From assembly GCA_937132065.1 (NCBI GenBank), contig CAKZNT010000015.1, positions 2,094 through 66,093 of the forward strand: 64,000 bases of DNA. Reading direction: 5' to 3'. Positions within the stretch are counted from its first letter, which is position 1; each line of letters starts with the position of its first letter. The notes beneath the pieces are model-generated. The model worked only from the letters and a program-made list of their open reading frames with translations, had not been told where the DNA came from and searched no databases. Made by a program: the position numbers and the translations under genes. The DNA comes from an uncultured Loktanella sp. (GTDB lineage: Bacteria > Pseudomonadota > Alphaproteobacteria > Rhodobacterales > Rhodobacteraceae). Shown piece after piece: positions 20,267 through 30,045 of this stretch.

Positions 20267-20551
20267 TTACAGGATGCCCAGAATGTCGCTTTCTTTCATG
20301 ATCAACAGGTCTTCGCCGTCGATCTTGACCTCTGTGCCGGACCACTTGCCAAACAACACAGTGTCGCCAGCTTTGACGTCCATTGCGATCAGCTCGCCGT
20401 TGTCCTTGCGGGCGCCAGAGCCTACGGATACAACTTCGCCCTCAGCAGGCTTTTCTTTTGCGGCGTCAGGAATGATCAGACCGCCCTTTGTTTTCTCTTC
20501 GCCTTCGATGCGACGAACCAGAACGCGGTCGTGAAGTGGTGTAAATGCCAT
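20267..20551 (-). CDS. groS: Co-chaperonin GroES
   Basis: [21 protein letters not shown]. Confidence 0.98.
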   Translation of the reverse strand: MAFTPLHDRVLVRRIEGEEKTKGGLIIPDAAKEKPAEGEVVSVGSGARKDNGELIAMDVKAGDTVLFGKWSGTEVKIDGEDLLIMKESDILGIL

Positions 20552-20585
20552 CTTGGAATTTCCCCAGTGCGTGTTTCTCTTGTCG

Positions 20586-20612
20586 TTAGCACTCAAGCGT
20601 TGCGAGTGCCAA
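20586..20612. promoter_or_regulatory. CIRCE (HrcA operator)
   Basis: TTAGCACTC-N9-GAGTGCCAA upstream of groES. Confidence 0.9.
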
Positions 20613-20620
20613 CGCAAGGT

Positions 20621-20649
20621 AGGTAAGGAACCAAGTGGGCTTCGTCAAG
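20621..20649 (-). promoter_or_regulatory. RpoH-like groESL promoter
   Basis: Minus strand CTTG-N18-CTTACCT just upstream of CIRCE. Confidence 0.5.
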
Positions 20650-20686
20650 CATCACAAACCCGAGATTTCGCAAAAAAGTGCGGGGG

Positions 20687-21271
20687 CTAGCCGACGTCGG
20701 TTTTTCCACGGCGGTCACCGCGCAGATTTGCGTATAAAACATGGTTGCGCCAGCGACCATCAATCTGCAAATACGACTGGGCTACACCCTCGTATTTGTA
20801 GCCACATTTCTCGAGCAGACGGCGCGAGGCTGTGTTTTCCGGCAGGCAGCCCGCCTCGATACGGCTCAGATCAAGCGTGCGAAACGCGTAATGCACCACG
20901 GCCTCGATCGCCTCTTTCATATAACCATGACGGGCGTAGGGCTGGCCGATCCAATAGCCCGTTGTGCCCGCTTGGGCGGGGCCGCGTCGAATGTTTGACA
21001 GGGTAATCGCGCCAAGCAACACATCGTCAGCACGACGAAACATAAACAACGGCACATCATTGCCATTGGTGATCGACCGCTGCGCCCAGTAAACGCGATT
21101 TGTAAACGCCTTGCGAGCAAGATGGTCGGCAGCCCAAGTTGGCTCCCACGGGCTAAGAAACGCGCGGCTGTCATGGCGTAGCGACGACCATGCGCGAAAG
21201 TCGCCGTGCATCGGCGGGCGCAAATACATGCGCTCCGTCTCAAGCCGAACTTTCTTGCGCATGCCAAGCAT
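20687..21271 (-). CDS. RimJ/RimL-family N-acetyltransferase
   Basis: LETERMYLRP, GYWIG, N.ASRRLLEKCG, QIDGRWRNH. Confidence 0.88.
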   Translation of the reverse strand: MLGMRKKVRLETERMYLRPPMHGDFRAWSSLRHDSRAFLSPWEPTWAADHLARKAFTNRVYWAQRSITNGNDVPLFMFRRADDVLLGAITLSNIRRGPAQAGTTGYWIGQPYARHGYMKEAIEAVVHYAFRTLDLSRIEAGCLPENTASRRLLEKCGYKYEGVAQSYLQIDGRWRNHVLYANLRGDRRGKTDVG

Positions 21272-22539
21272 TAAGCGACCATCCGAGCCTTCAATTCGTC
21301 CAATGTCGGGGCGGCGTCCGCAGGGCCATATAGGGCCATCGCCGCGCCTGCCTTGCCAGCCATCTGGCCTGCAAATTCCTTGACGTCACCCGTGGTCACC
21401 GAATCCACACGCTCGATCGTTTCATCAAGCGACGGGATGCGGCCCCAAATCGACCAGAGGCGGGCCAAACGCTCGGCGCGGCTTGACGGGCTTTCAAGGC
21501 CCATCAGCAAGCCGGCCTTCATTTGCGCACGGGCACGGGCGACCTCGGCGGCGGTCATATCACTTGCGGCGCGCTTCATTTCGTCAACCGTAACAGTGGC
21601 CAACTCGTCGATCTGCTCGGCACTTGTGCCTGCATAAATCGTGAGCGTGCCCGTGTCTTCATAGGCACCAGCCTGCGCAAACGTGGTGTAGCAAAGCCCG
21701 CGCTTTTCGCGGATCTCTTGGAACAAGCGGGACGACACGCCGCCGCCCATCACAGACGCATATATCTGTGCAGTGTAAATCTCGGGGTCGCGATAGTTGG
21801 GGCCCTCAAACGCGAGGGCAAAATGAACCTGCTCAAGGTCTTTGTCGCGGCGCACTTCACCGCCGCCAAATTTTGCAGGCTCGATCAATGTCTCGGGACG
21901 GATGATCGGGGACAGATGGCCAAACATCGCTTCGGCTTGGGCGACAATCTTGTCGTGGTCAATGCCACCCGCTGCCGCCAAAATCATCTGGCCGGGGCCA
22001 TAATGTTCGCCGACAAACGCCTTCAGATCATCGCGGTTAAAGCTGGAAACACGCTCGGCTGGGCCAAGGATCGTGCGCCCGATCGCCTGATCGGGATAGG
22101 CCACCTCTTGCAACCAGTCAAAGATGATGTCGTCAGGGGTGTCATTGGCTTGACCGATCTCTTGCAAGATCACGCCGCGCTCTAGCTCAACATCCGCAGG
22201 GTCAAACACAGGATTGACCAGAATATCCCCGATCACGTCGAGCGCCAGCGGCACATCTTCCTCAAGAACCCGCGCATAATAGGCCGTGTTCTCGCGACTG
22301 GTATAGGCGTTCAAATAGCCGCCCACATCCTCGATCGCCTCTGCGATTTGCAGGGCAGAACGGGTCGGCGTGCCCTTGAATGCCATATGCTCTAGGAAAT
22401 GGGCGATGCCGTTTTGCGCAAGGCGCTCGTGGCGGCCACCCACATCAACCCAAATCCCGATGCTTGCTGATTTCAGGCCGGGCATATGCTCGGTGATGAT
22501 CTGGAAACCGTTGGATAGGGTGTGCTGTTCAATCGTCAA
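21271..22539 (-). CDS. M16B zinc peptidase (MPP-like)
   Basis: HFLEH inverted zincin motif, NAYTSRE. Confidence 0.93.
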   Translation of the reverse strand: MTIEQHTLSNGFQIITEHMPGLKSASIGIWVDVGGRHERLAQNGIAHFLEHMAFKGTPTRSALQIAEAIEDVGGYLNAYTSRENTAYYARVLEEDVPLALDVIGDILVNPVFDPADVELERGVILQEIGQANDTPDDIIFDWLQEVAYPDQAIGRTILGPAERVSSFNRDDLKAFVGEHYGPGQMILAAAGGIDHDKIVAQAEAMFGHLSPIIRPETLIEPAKFGGGEVRRDKDLEQVHFALAFEGPNYRDPEIYTAQIYASVMGGGVSSRLFQEIREKRGLCYTTFAQAGAYEDTGTLTIYAGTSAEQIDELATVTVDEMKRAASDMTAAEVARARAQMKAGLLMGLESPSSRAERLARLWSIWGRIPSLDETIERVDSVTTGDVKEFAGQMAGKAGAAMALYGPADAAPTLDELKARMVA

Positions 22540-23921
22540 ACTTTGATCCGTTCTTTGATGAGCGCCTGCAAGGTCGCCATGTCATTTGGCACGCGAGTCA
22601 CGCGTTCGGGGCGGTCATACAGGTCCGCCATGCGCGGGGGAAGTGGGGCCGCGACGCCACTCGCCGCTTTTACGGCATCGGGGAATTTCGCAGGATGGGC
22701 CGTGGCAAGCGTGACCATCGGCACAGTGCCCAGATGGTCCTCCGCCACATGCACACCCACCGCCGAATGCGGGCAGAGCAACTCGCCATGATGTGCCAGA
22801 TAATGCTTGATCGCGGCAGATGTTTCCGCCTCGGAAGCCCTGCCCGACTGAAACGTATCTTTCAGCATCTGATACGCGCCCTGTGAGATATTGAATCCGC
22901 CAGACTTCAGGTCATCCATCTGCGCAGCGACCGCCGCACCGTCACGACCGTAGGCGTCAAACAACGCACGCTCGAAGTTCGAAGACACCTGAATGTCCAT
23001 CGACGGGCTGATACTCGGGACAACACCCTCCTTGGTATAAGCGCCTGTTTGCAACGTGCGGTGCAAAATGTCGTTCTGGTTGGTCGCAACCACCAGATCG
23101 GCAATCGGCAGGCCCATCTTCTTGGCGATATAGCCCGCGAAAATGTCACCGAAATTGCCAGTCGGCACAGTGAACGAAACCTCGCGGTGCGGCGCACCAA
23201 GGCTGACCGCTGCCGTAAAGTAATAGACAACCTGCGCCAGCACACGGCCCCAGTTGATCGAATTCACGCCCGCAAGACGCACCTCGTCGCGAAATGCAAA
23301 GTCGTTGAACATATCCTTGAGCATCGCCTGACAATCATCAAAGTCGCCGTCCATCGCCAAGGCGTGCACGTTGTCCTCGACCGGTGTCGTCATCTGGCGG
23401 CGCTGGACCTCTGACACGCGGCCATGCGGGAACAGAATGAACACATCCACATTCTGCAAGCCCCGAAACGCCTCGATCGCAGCAGAGCCGGTGTCACCCG
23501 AGGTCGCGCCAACAATTGTGATACGCTCGCCAGAGCGGGTCAGCGCAGCCTGAAACATCTGGCCGATCAACTGCATGGCAAAGTCTTTGAAGGCGAGGGT
23601 CGGACCGTGGAACAACTCCAGCAGGAAATGATTGGGGGCAAGTTGCACCAAGGGCGCACGCGCGGCGTGACCGAACCCAGCATAGGCTTTTGCGATCAAA
23701 TCCTTGAATTGCGCATCAGAGAAGGTGTCGCCGATAAACGGGCGCATGACCTCGAATGCAACGTCTTCATAAGACTTGCCCGCCATCGCGGCGATTTGGG
23801 CCTTGGTAAGGGTCGGCACGTCTTCGGGGACGTATAGGCCGCCATCACGGGCGAGGCCAGTCATCATCGCCTCTTCAAACGTAAGGGCGGGGCTCTGGCC
23901 GCGGGTCGAGATATAACGCAT
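22536..23921 (-). CDS. thrC: Threonine synthase
   Basis: FHGPTLAFKD PLP lysine, ATSGDTG, NSINW, PTGNFG. Confidence 0.96.
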   Translation of the reverse strand: MRYISTRGQSPALTFEEAMMTGLARDGGLYVPEDVPTLTKAQIAAMAGKSYEDVAFEVMRPFIGDTFSDAQFKDLIAKAYAGFGHAARAPLVQLAPNHFLLELFHGPTLAFKDFAMQLIGQMFQAALTRSGERITIVGATSGDTGSAAIEAFRGLQNVDVFILFPHGRVSEVQRRQMTTPVEDNVHALAMDGDFDDCQAMLKDMFNDFAFRDEVRLAGVNSINWGRVLAQVVYYFTAAVSLGAPHREVSFTVPTGNFGDIFAGYIAKKMGLPIADLVVATNQNDILHRTLQTGAYTKEGVVPSISPSMDIQVSSNFERALFDAYGRDGAAVAAQMDDLKSGGFNISQGAYQMLKDTFQSGRASEAETSAAIKHYLAHHGELLCPHSAVGVHVAEDHLGTVPMVTLATAHPAKFPDAVKAASGVAAPLPPRMADLYDRPERVTRVPNDMATLQALIKERIKV

Positions 23922-23924
23922 CGG

Positions 23925-24599
23925 TTAGGTGTCCTTTTGGCGCAGGGTGCGGGAAATCAAAAAGAGGGTCATAATGGCCCAAACGAAAGCAAGACCAAAC
24001 CACGTGACCGCATAGCTCCAGTGGTCGTTCTTGATACCAGCGGTGTCCACTGGCAGCGGGATCAGGCGGGGGTCGGCGGGTTGCATTGTGCGGGCCACGA
24101 CCATCAGGGGATCGGTTGCAAGGGCGGCTGCCATCGCGTCAACATCGCGGCCAAACCAGATGTTCTTGGCCAGATCAGGCGCAGGGGTGGAACTGTTGAC
24201 ATCGTCAGGCCAGATCAACGTGCCCTCGACTTTGGCCCCAAAATCGGTGGAGGGCGTTGCATCATCCAGTTGCAGCAGACCCGCATCAAGCAGAACACGG
24301 CGACCGTCAACCAGATCAAACGCGCGAATAACGCGGTAGCCCGTGCCAGCCTGCGTCCCCGAGGCCAGCACATGCAATTCCGGACCCGCGACAGTGCCCG
24401 TCATCGACACTGCCATATACTCGTCAGCCGCCTCGGAGGGGGCAAGCGGGAGGGGCACGGGGGCAGAGGTCAGGCGGTCCGTGATATCTGCAAGCACCGC
24501 CTCTTTCCAGGCAAGACGGTCAAGTTGCCAGAAGCCGAGCCAGACCAAAACGGCAACGCCGCTGATGCCAAGGATCAAAGGAAATAGAATGCGTCGCAC
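23925..24599 (-). CDS. SURF1/Shy1 cytochrome oxidase assembly protein
   Basis: LGFWQLDRL.WK, NDH.SYA.TWFGLA; GTG start. Confidence 0.9.
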   Translation of the reverse strand: MRRILFPLILGISGVAVLVWLGFWQLDRLAWKEAVLADITDRLTSAPVPLPLAPSEAADEYMAVSMTGTVAGPELHVLASGTQAGTGYRVIRAFDLVDGRRVLLDAGLLQLDDATPSTDFGAKVEGTLIWPDDVNSSTPAPDLAKNIWFGRDVDAMAAALATDPLMVVARTMQPADPRLIPLPVDTAGIKNDHWSYAVTWFGLAFVWAIMTLFLISRTLRQKDT

Positions 24600-24626
24600 A
24601 GGGATCAGGCCTCAACCTTTGCAATG

Positions 24627-24659
24627 AAAAAGGCGCACGCAGGTGACTACGTGCGCCTT
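24627..24659 (-). terminator. Intrinsic terminator between ctaE and surf1
   Basis: Minus strand AAGGCGCACG-loop-CGTGCGCCTT-TTT. Confidence 0.7.
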
Positions 24660-24678
24660 GGTATGTTTTGACAGGGAT

Positions 24679-24722
24679 GATGGGTCAAGACCCATCCTAC
24701 GTAGGATGCGTTTTAACGCATC
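24679..24722. repeat. Back-to-back REP doublet sharing a CCTAC|GTAGG junction
   Basis: GATGGG-TCAAGA-CCCATC-CTAC followed by GTAG-GATGCG-TTTTAA-CGCATC. Confidence 0.8.
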
Positions 24723-24736
24723 GCACCCCGCAATTA

Positions 24737-25543
24737 TCAGCCGCCCCAGATGTAAACAGCTGCAAAGAGGAACAACCAAACCACATCAACAAAGTGCCAA
24801 TACCATGCAGCAGCTTCAAAGCCGACGTGGCGCTCTGGCGTGAAGTGGCCACGCTGCAAGCGGATCAGGCAAACCAGCAGGAAGATCGTGCCGATCAGAA
24901 CGTGGAACCCGTGGAAGCCCGTCGCCATAAAGAAGTTGGCGCCATAGATGTTGCCCGAGAAGCCGAAGGACGCGTGGGAATACTCATAGATCTGGAACAC
25001 AGTGAACAGCGCACCAAGAGCGACAGAAAGGATCAAGCCCCACTTCATGTCTTCGCGGTTGTTTTCGTGAACAAGGGCGTGGTGCGCCCATGTTGCGGCC
25101 ATACCAGAGCAAAGCAGGATCAACGTATTGATCAACGGCAAATGCCAAGGATCAAAAGTCTCGATGCCCGCAGGTGGCCAGATACCGTCAACAAGCGGCG
25201 ACGTGCCGTCAGGGTTCATCGGATACATGGCATGTTTGAAGAATGACCAGAACCAAGCAGCAAAGAACATCACTTCGGACATGATAAACATGATGAAGCC
25301 ATAGCGCAGACCGATCCGCACAACAGGCGTGTGATCGCCAACATGGCTCTCGGCGACAACGTCAGCCCACCACGCATACATGACGTAAAGAACGCCAACA
25401 AAACCGATCAAAAAGACATACGGCGTAGAGCCATGCATCCAGAAAACACTCCCGAGGAGCATAACAAAGGCGGCAACAGCGCCAGCCATTGGCCAGATCG
25501 AAGGTGGCAAAATATGATAGTCGTGGTTCTTTTCATGCGCCAT
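24737..25543 (-). CDS. ctaE: Cytochrome c oxidase subunit III
   Basis: [36 protein letters not shown]. Confidence 0.97.
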   Translation of the reverse strand: MAHEKNHDYHILPPSIWPMAGAVAAFVMLLGSVFWMHGSTPYVFLIGFVGVLYVMYAWWADVVAESHVGDHTPVVRIGLRYGFIMFIMSEVMFFAAWFWSFFKHAMYPMNPDGTSPLVDGIWPPAGIETFDPWHLPLINTLILLCSGMAATWAHHALVHENNREDMKWGLILSVALGALFTVFQIYEYSHASFGFSGNIYGANFFMATGFHGFHVLIGTIFLLVCLIRLQRGHFTPERHVGFEAAAWYWHFVDVVWLFLFAAVYIWGG

Positions 25544-25570
25544 TGCAGTGGTTCCCTATCGGCTTGGTCG

Positions 25571-26188
25571 TTAGTTAATGTCTATGGCGACTTGCGGCGC
25601 CGTTGTCAAAGTTGTTGGTGTCGCATTCATCGCCTGCACCTCTGTTTCGGGCAGATCGATCTGGTAAAACGTATACCCGAGGGTAATGGTATGCACATAC
25701 TGACCTTCGCGGTCATTCACGATCGCAGGATCAACGAAGAAAGACACGGGCATCATCACCGTTTCGCCCGGTTGCAACACCTGTTCCGTAAAGCAAAAGC
25801 ACTCGATTTTATCAAAGAATGCGCCCGCCTCATATGGCGTCACATTGTAGGCAGCTTGGCCCGCGACAGGCACATCCAGCGGGTTGTGCGCCTCGTAAAA
25901 CGCCAAGCCGGTCTCACCAATGCGCAGGGTCATTTCGCGCTGCGCAGGCTTGAACGTCCACGGCATATCGCGGTCAAGTGACGCATCAAAGCGCACCTTG
26001 ATCGTTTGATCCAGAATAATGTCGGAACCGGCGTCAGCCGTGTTGGTGATCCCGCCGAACCCTGTGACACGACAGAACCAGTCATAGAACGGCACAGAGG
26101 CCCAAGCGAGCGACCCCATCAAAACCACAACGCCAACTGTCTGGAACAATGTGCGCTTGGGGCCCGTGATGTTTGGCAATATCTTCAC
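25571..26188 (-). CDS. ctaG: Cox11/CtaG copper chaperone
   Basis: VPFYDWFCRVTG, KIECFCFTEQ. Confidence 0.96.
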   Translation of the reverse strand: MKILPNITGPKRTLFQTVGVVVLMGSLAWASVPFYDWFCRVTGFGGITNTADAGSDIILDQTIKVRFDASLDRDMPWTFKPAQREMTLRIGETGLAFYEAHNPLDVPVAGQAAYNVTPYEAGAFFDKIECFCFTEQVLQPGETVMMPVSFFVDPAIVNDREGQYVHTITLGYTFYQIDLPETEVQAMNATPTTLTTAPQVAIDIN

Positions 26189-26388
26189 TGCGTATCCCCT
26201 TCCTCGGGGATGATCGCAGGGCGGGCAACGTGATCGAACGTCTCGAACTTCTTGGCTTCGCCCAGTTCCAGAACCTTTACGACAGTCAGTGCAAAGACAA
26301 GCCCGACAAAGGCAAGCAACAGGCCCAAAACGCCAAAGTTGCGGCCCTTACGGCGCTCGTGAATTTCGTGCTCGACATGAATAGCCAT
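26185..26388 (-). CDS. 67-aa single-TM protein between ctaB and ctaG
   Basis: ATG 26388 directly after the ctaB stop; RRKGRN followed by a hydrophobic helix; stop overlaps the ctaG start. Confidence 0.75.
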   Translation of the reverse strand: MAIHVEHEIHERRKGRNFGVLGLLLAFVGLVFALTVVKVLELGEAKKFETFDHVARPAIIPEEGDTQ

Positions 26389-26389
26389 G

Positions 26390-27322
26390 TTACCAGCCTC
26401 CGTAACCGTAGGGGCGCAACGCCGCCTCGGCCAATAGCGCACCAAAGTGCAAGAAAAGGTAGAACAGAGAAATCTTGAAGACATGTTTCTCGACAGCATA
26501 GTTGTCAGCATCTGCCGCAGCATCGTCACGCCGCCAGATGTCATAAGCGCCCTTGACGAACCAGAGGTTCAACAGCACCGAAACCGTCAGGTAGATCGGC
26601 CCGCCAATCGACGTGAACCCAAGGCCAATCGCCACGGGCACGAGCAAAACAGCATAGGCAATCACGTGGCGGCGCGTGGTGTCACGGCCATGTGTCTCGG
26701 TGAGCATCGGCACGCCTGCATCGCCGTAGTCCGACTTCACAAACAGCGCGAGCGCCCAGAAATGCGGCGGGGTCCACATGAAAATCAACGCGAACATCAG
26801 GAACGATTCGATGCTGACCGACCCCGTTGCGACTGCCCAGCCAACCATCGGCGGGAACGCACCCGCCGCGCCGCCAATAACAATATTGTGGGGCGTCGAC
26901 CGCTTGAGCCACATCGAATAAACCACAGCGTAGAAAAAGATGGTGAATGCCAGCAGACCAGCCGCGAGCATATTCGTCGCAAGTGCCAGCAATACAACGG
27001 AAAAACCGGACAGGGCCATGCCAATGCCAAGCGCCTCTCCCGGTTGCACACGCCCCGACGGGATCGGACGCTTTGCCGTGCGCTTCATGACCGCATCAAT
27101 ATCGGCGTCCCACCACATATTAAGCGCACCAGACGCGCCTGCGCCAACAGCAATGCAAAGCACGCCAACAAAGCCGATGAACGGATGCACAGGGACAGGC
27201 GCAACCAGCAAACCGACCAGCGCCGTAAAGATTACCAGCGACATAACGCGTGGCTTCAACAGGGCGAAATAGTCGCCCATGCTTGCCTCATATGGGGTGT
27301 CGTGCGCGGTCATATCGGTCAT
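26390..27322 (-). CDS. ctaB: Protoheme IX farnesyltransferase
   Basis: LLKPRVMSLV, DIDAVMKRT..RP, WTPPHFWAL. Confidence 0.96.
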   Translation of the reverse strand: MTDMTAHDTPYEASMGDYFALLKPRVMSLVIFTALVGLLVAPVPVHPFIGFVGVLCIAVGAGASGALNMWWDADIDAVMKRTAKRPIPSGRVQPGEALGIGMALSGFSVVLLALATNMLAAGLLAFTIFFYAVVYSMWLKRSTPHNIVIGGAAGAFPPMVGWAVATGSVSIESFLMFALIFMWTPPHFWALALFVKSDYGDAGVPMLTETHGRDTTRRHVIAYAVLLVPVAIGLGFTSIGGPIYLTVSVLLNLWFVKGAYDIWRRDDAAADADNYAVEKHVFKISLFYLFLHFGALLAEAALRPYGYGGW

Positions 27323-27377
27323 TTTGCTTCTCATAGGGTTAGAACAGGTCCGAAAACCTGCCCTCTTCTAAACGGAT

Positions 27378-27400
27378 GTAGCGCGGGGATGAGCCCGCGC
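27378..27400 (+). repeat. GTAG-hairpin (REP-like) between ctaC and ctaB
   Basis: GTAG-CGCGGG-GATGAG-CCCGCG-C: same 4+6+6+6 geometry as the other REPs, different stem sequence. Confidence 0.55.
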
Positions 27401-27410
27401 CAGTCGCAAT

Positions 27411-28241
27411 TTAGACGCCGTTTTCGATTTTCGCTTCTGCCAACCACGTATCATATGTGGCTTGGCTCACGACCTTAACGGTGATTGGCATATAGGCGTG
27501 GTCCTTGCCGCATAGCTCGGAACACTGGCCAAAGTAGATGCCTTCTTTCTCGGCAGCAAACCAAAGCTGGGACAAACGGCCCGGAACGGCATCCTGCTTC
27601 ACGCCGAACGCAGGGATCGTCCAAGAGTGGATCACGTCCGCGCCTGTCAACTGCATCACGATCGTGGCGCCAACGGGCACAACAACGGCTTGGTCAGTGG
27701 CCAGCAGGTATTCATTCTGCGAATAGCCCTTTTCCTCAAGCTCGTCGCGCTGAAGCATGTAGCTCTCGAACGCAACGCCATCATCCACATACTCATAGCC
27801 CCAATACCACTGGTAGCCTGTGACCTTGATTGTGATGTCGCCTTGCGGAATTTCCTGCTGCTTGAACAAAACAGGCAACGAAAACGCGCCGATAATAACC
27901 AGAATAACAACAGGGATAATCGTCCACGCAACTTCCAAAGGAGAGTTGTGGGTAAACGTGCGCGCCGTTGGATTCGATTTCTGGTTAAACCGCACAACAA
28001 CCCATGCCATCAGACCAGTCACAAACAGCGTGATGATCGTGATGATCACCAACAGCATATTGTCGAGCCAGTGCACGTCGCGGGCCAATTCGGTCGCGGC
28101 AGGCTGAAAGCTCATGAGGCCATCAACTGGGGCACCAATAATTTCAAGGTCTTGGGCCACATCTTGGGCAGAGGCTGCGGACCCTGCTAGGATCAAGCCA
28201 GCCGAAGTCCAAAGTGAAGTCGCAATCGTTTTCAAACGCAT
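27411..28241 (-). CDS. ctaC: Cytochrome c oxidase subunit II
   Basis: [26 protein letters not shown] CuA motif. Confidence 0.97.
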   Translation of the reverse strand: MRLKTIATSLWTSAGLILAGSAASAQDVAQDLEIIGAPVDGLMSFQPAATELARDVHWLDNMLLVIITIITLFVTGLMAWVVVRFNQKSNPTARTFTHNSPLEVAWTIIPVVILVIIGAFSLPVLFKQQEIPQGDITIKVTGYQWYWGYEYVDDGVAFESYMLQRDELEEKGYSQNEYLLATDQAVVVPVGATIVMQLTGADVIHSWTIPAFGVKQDAVPGRLSQLWFAAEKEGIYFGQCSELCGKDHAYMPITVKVVSQATYDTWLAEAKIENGV

Positions 28242-28432
28242 ATCATAACCTGTCTGTCATGGCGCCAAGTGGCGCGTCTCATTGGTGTCGCACCCGAAAG
28301 GGGGCGGAATCCCGTTGTATCTATCTGTTCATGTCCCATATCTTGATGAACAACTCAAGAACTGCAATCGCGGTAATCAGCCGCACATACCGAATTTTTT
28401 CGCCAGCCGATCAGAAAACGACAGGAATCCAG

Positions 28433-29854
28433 ATGTCCGCAGACCCATTTCGTCCCTTTGAAACCGCTCTCGACCAAGAGACGGCACTTAGCTTGCTGCG
28501 CGAGGCGACACATGGCGCCGACGACGGAGAGCTGTTCTTGGAACGGCGCAAGTCCGAAGTCCTGTCATTTGACGACGGACGGATCAAAACTGCAAGCTTT
28601 GATGCATCCGAAGGGTTCGGATTGCGGGCGGTGCGCGGCGAAACGGCGGGCTATGCCCACTCCACCACAATTGACGAGCACGCATTGCGGCGCGCAGTGG
28701 CAACCGCCCGCCTCGCGGTTGGTGAAGGGGGCGGCACGCTGGCAGTTGGGCCAAAAGGCACGAACGAAAAGCTCTATTCAGACGCCGATCCAATGCTACA
28801 GGCCACCTTCCCCGCCAAGATCGACATCTTGCGCGAAATCGACGCATTCGCCCGCGACCTCGATAAACGCGTGGTGCAGGTGTCCGCCACTCTCGCCGCC
28901 TCTCACCAAGAGGTGCTGATCCTGCGCCCCGAGGGCACGCTTGTCACCGACACACGCCCCATGTCGCGGCTCAATGTCTCGATCATCGTCGAGGAAAACG
29001 GCAAGCGCGAATCTGGCACGTCTGGCGCGGGGGGGCGTGCGGGGCTCATTGGCCTGATCGCCGCCGACCACTGGCAGGCCGCCGCACGCGAGGCGCTACG
29101 CATCGCCCTTGTGAACCTCGATGCGGTCCCTGCCCCTGCGGGCGTGATGGACGTGGTCCTTGGGCCGGGGTGGCCGGGCATCCTGCTGCACGAGGCGATT
29201 GGCCACGGGCTTGAGGGTGATTTCAACCGTAAAGGCTCTTCTGCATTCGCAGGGCTGATGGGCCAGCAAATCGCCGCCAAAGGGGTTACCGTGCTCGACG
29301 ACGGCACAATCCCTGATCGGCGCGGCTCCATCACCATCGACGACGAGGGCACGCCAAGCGCCAAGAACACCCTGATCGAAGACGGCGTTCTTGTCGGCTA
29401 CATGCAAGACCGCCAGAACGCGCGGCTCATGGGGGTCGCGCCCACGGGCAACGGGCGGCGCGAATCTTACGCACATGCGCCGATGCCGCGGATGACCAAC
29501 ACCTATATGCTGGCGGGTGATGCTGATCCGGCTTCCCTTGTCGCCGATCTTAAGGACGGGATTTACGCCGTGGGGTTCGGTGGCGGACAGGTCGACATCA
29601 CCAACGGCAAATTCGTGTTTTCCTGCACCGAGGCCTACCGCGTCAAAGACGGCATTGTCGGCGCCCCCGTGAAAGGGGCCACGCTGATCGGGGACGGCGC
29701 GACCTCCCTCAAGAACATCCAAGGGATCGGCAACGACCTTGAACTCGATCCAGGCATCGGCAATTGCGGCAAGGCAGGGCAATGGGTTCCTGTGGGTGTC
29801 GGGCAACCGAGCCTCAAGATCGGTGGGCTGACGATTGGCGGGGCTGGCGGCTAA
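28433..29854 (+). CDS. tldD: TldD metalloprotease
   Basis: LHEAIGHGLEGD, PRMTNT, GNCGKAGQ..PV..G.P; start moved to MSADP. Confidence 0.95.
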   Translation: MSADPFRPFETALDQETALSLLREATHGADDGELFLERRKSEVLSFDDGRIKTASFDASEGFGLRAVRGETAGYAHSTTIDEHALRRAVATARLAVGEGGGTLAVGPKGTNEKLYSDADPMLQATFPAKIDILREIDAFARDLDKRVVQVSATLAASHQEVLILRPEGTLVTDTRPMSRLNVSIIVEENGKRESGTSGAGGRAGLIGLIAADHWQAAAREALRIALVNLDAVPAPAGVMDVVLGPGWPGILLHEAIGHGLEGDFNRKGSSAFAGLMGQQIAAKGVTVLDDGTIPDRRGSITIDDEGTPSAKNTLIEDGVLVGYMQDRQNARLMGVAPTGNGRRESYAHAPMPRMTNTYMLAGDADPASLVADLKDGIYAVGFGGGQVDITNGKFVFSCTEAYRVKDGIVGAPVKGATLIGDGATSLKNIQGIGNDLELDPGIGNCGKAGQWVPVGVGQPSLKIGGLTIGGAGG

Positions 29855-29885
29855 ACCATGCCCTGCGCCCGAATCGATGAACGCC

Positions 29886-29927
29886 AAACCCCGCCCGATG
29901 ACAGTCATCGTGGCGGGGTTTTGGTTT
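29886..29927 (+). terminator. Long hairpin terminator after tldD
   Basis: AAACCCCGCC-CGATGAC-A-GTCATCG-T-GGCGGGGTTT followed by T-rich sequence. Confidence 0.75.
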
Positions 29928-29937
29928 TGACAGGTCG

Positions 29938-29967
29938 GTGCACGCTTGGTGCACGCGCTGTGCACGC
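29938..29967. repeat. Three GTGCACGC octamers at exact 11-bp period
   Basis: Copies start at 29938, 29949 and 29960. Confidence 0.85.
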
Positions 29968-30045
29968 AAGTCACACCCCGCAAACGCCTTGTTTTCATAG
30001 GTGAAAGTGCGTGCTTTGGATTTGTCGCTAATTTTCTGTTGTTGA

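Noticed and set aside
24737-28241. Subunit I (ctaD) missing from the oxidase cluster
   Set aside because: A separate ctaD locus is the known arrangement in Paracoccus/Rhodobacter, so this is not an anomaly.
28342-28358. FNR-like box upstream of ctaC (TTGAtgaacaacTCAA)
   Set aside because: Spacer is 8 nt rather than the required 6 (TTGA-N6-TCAA).
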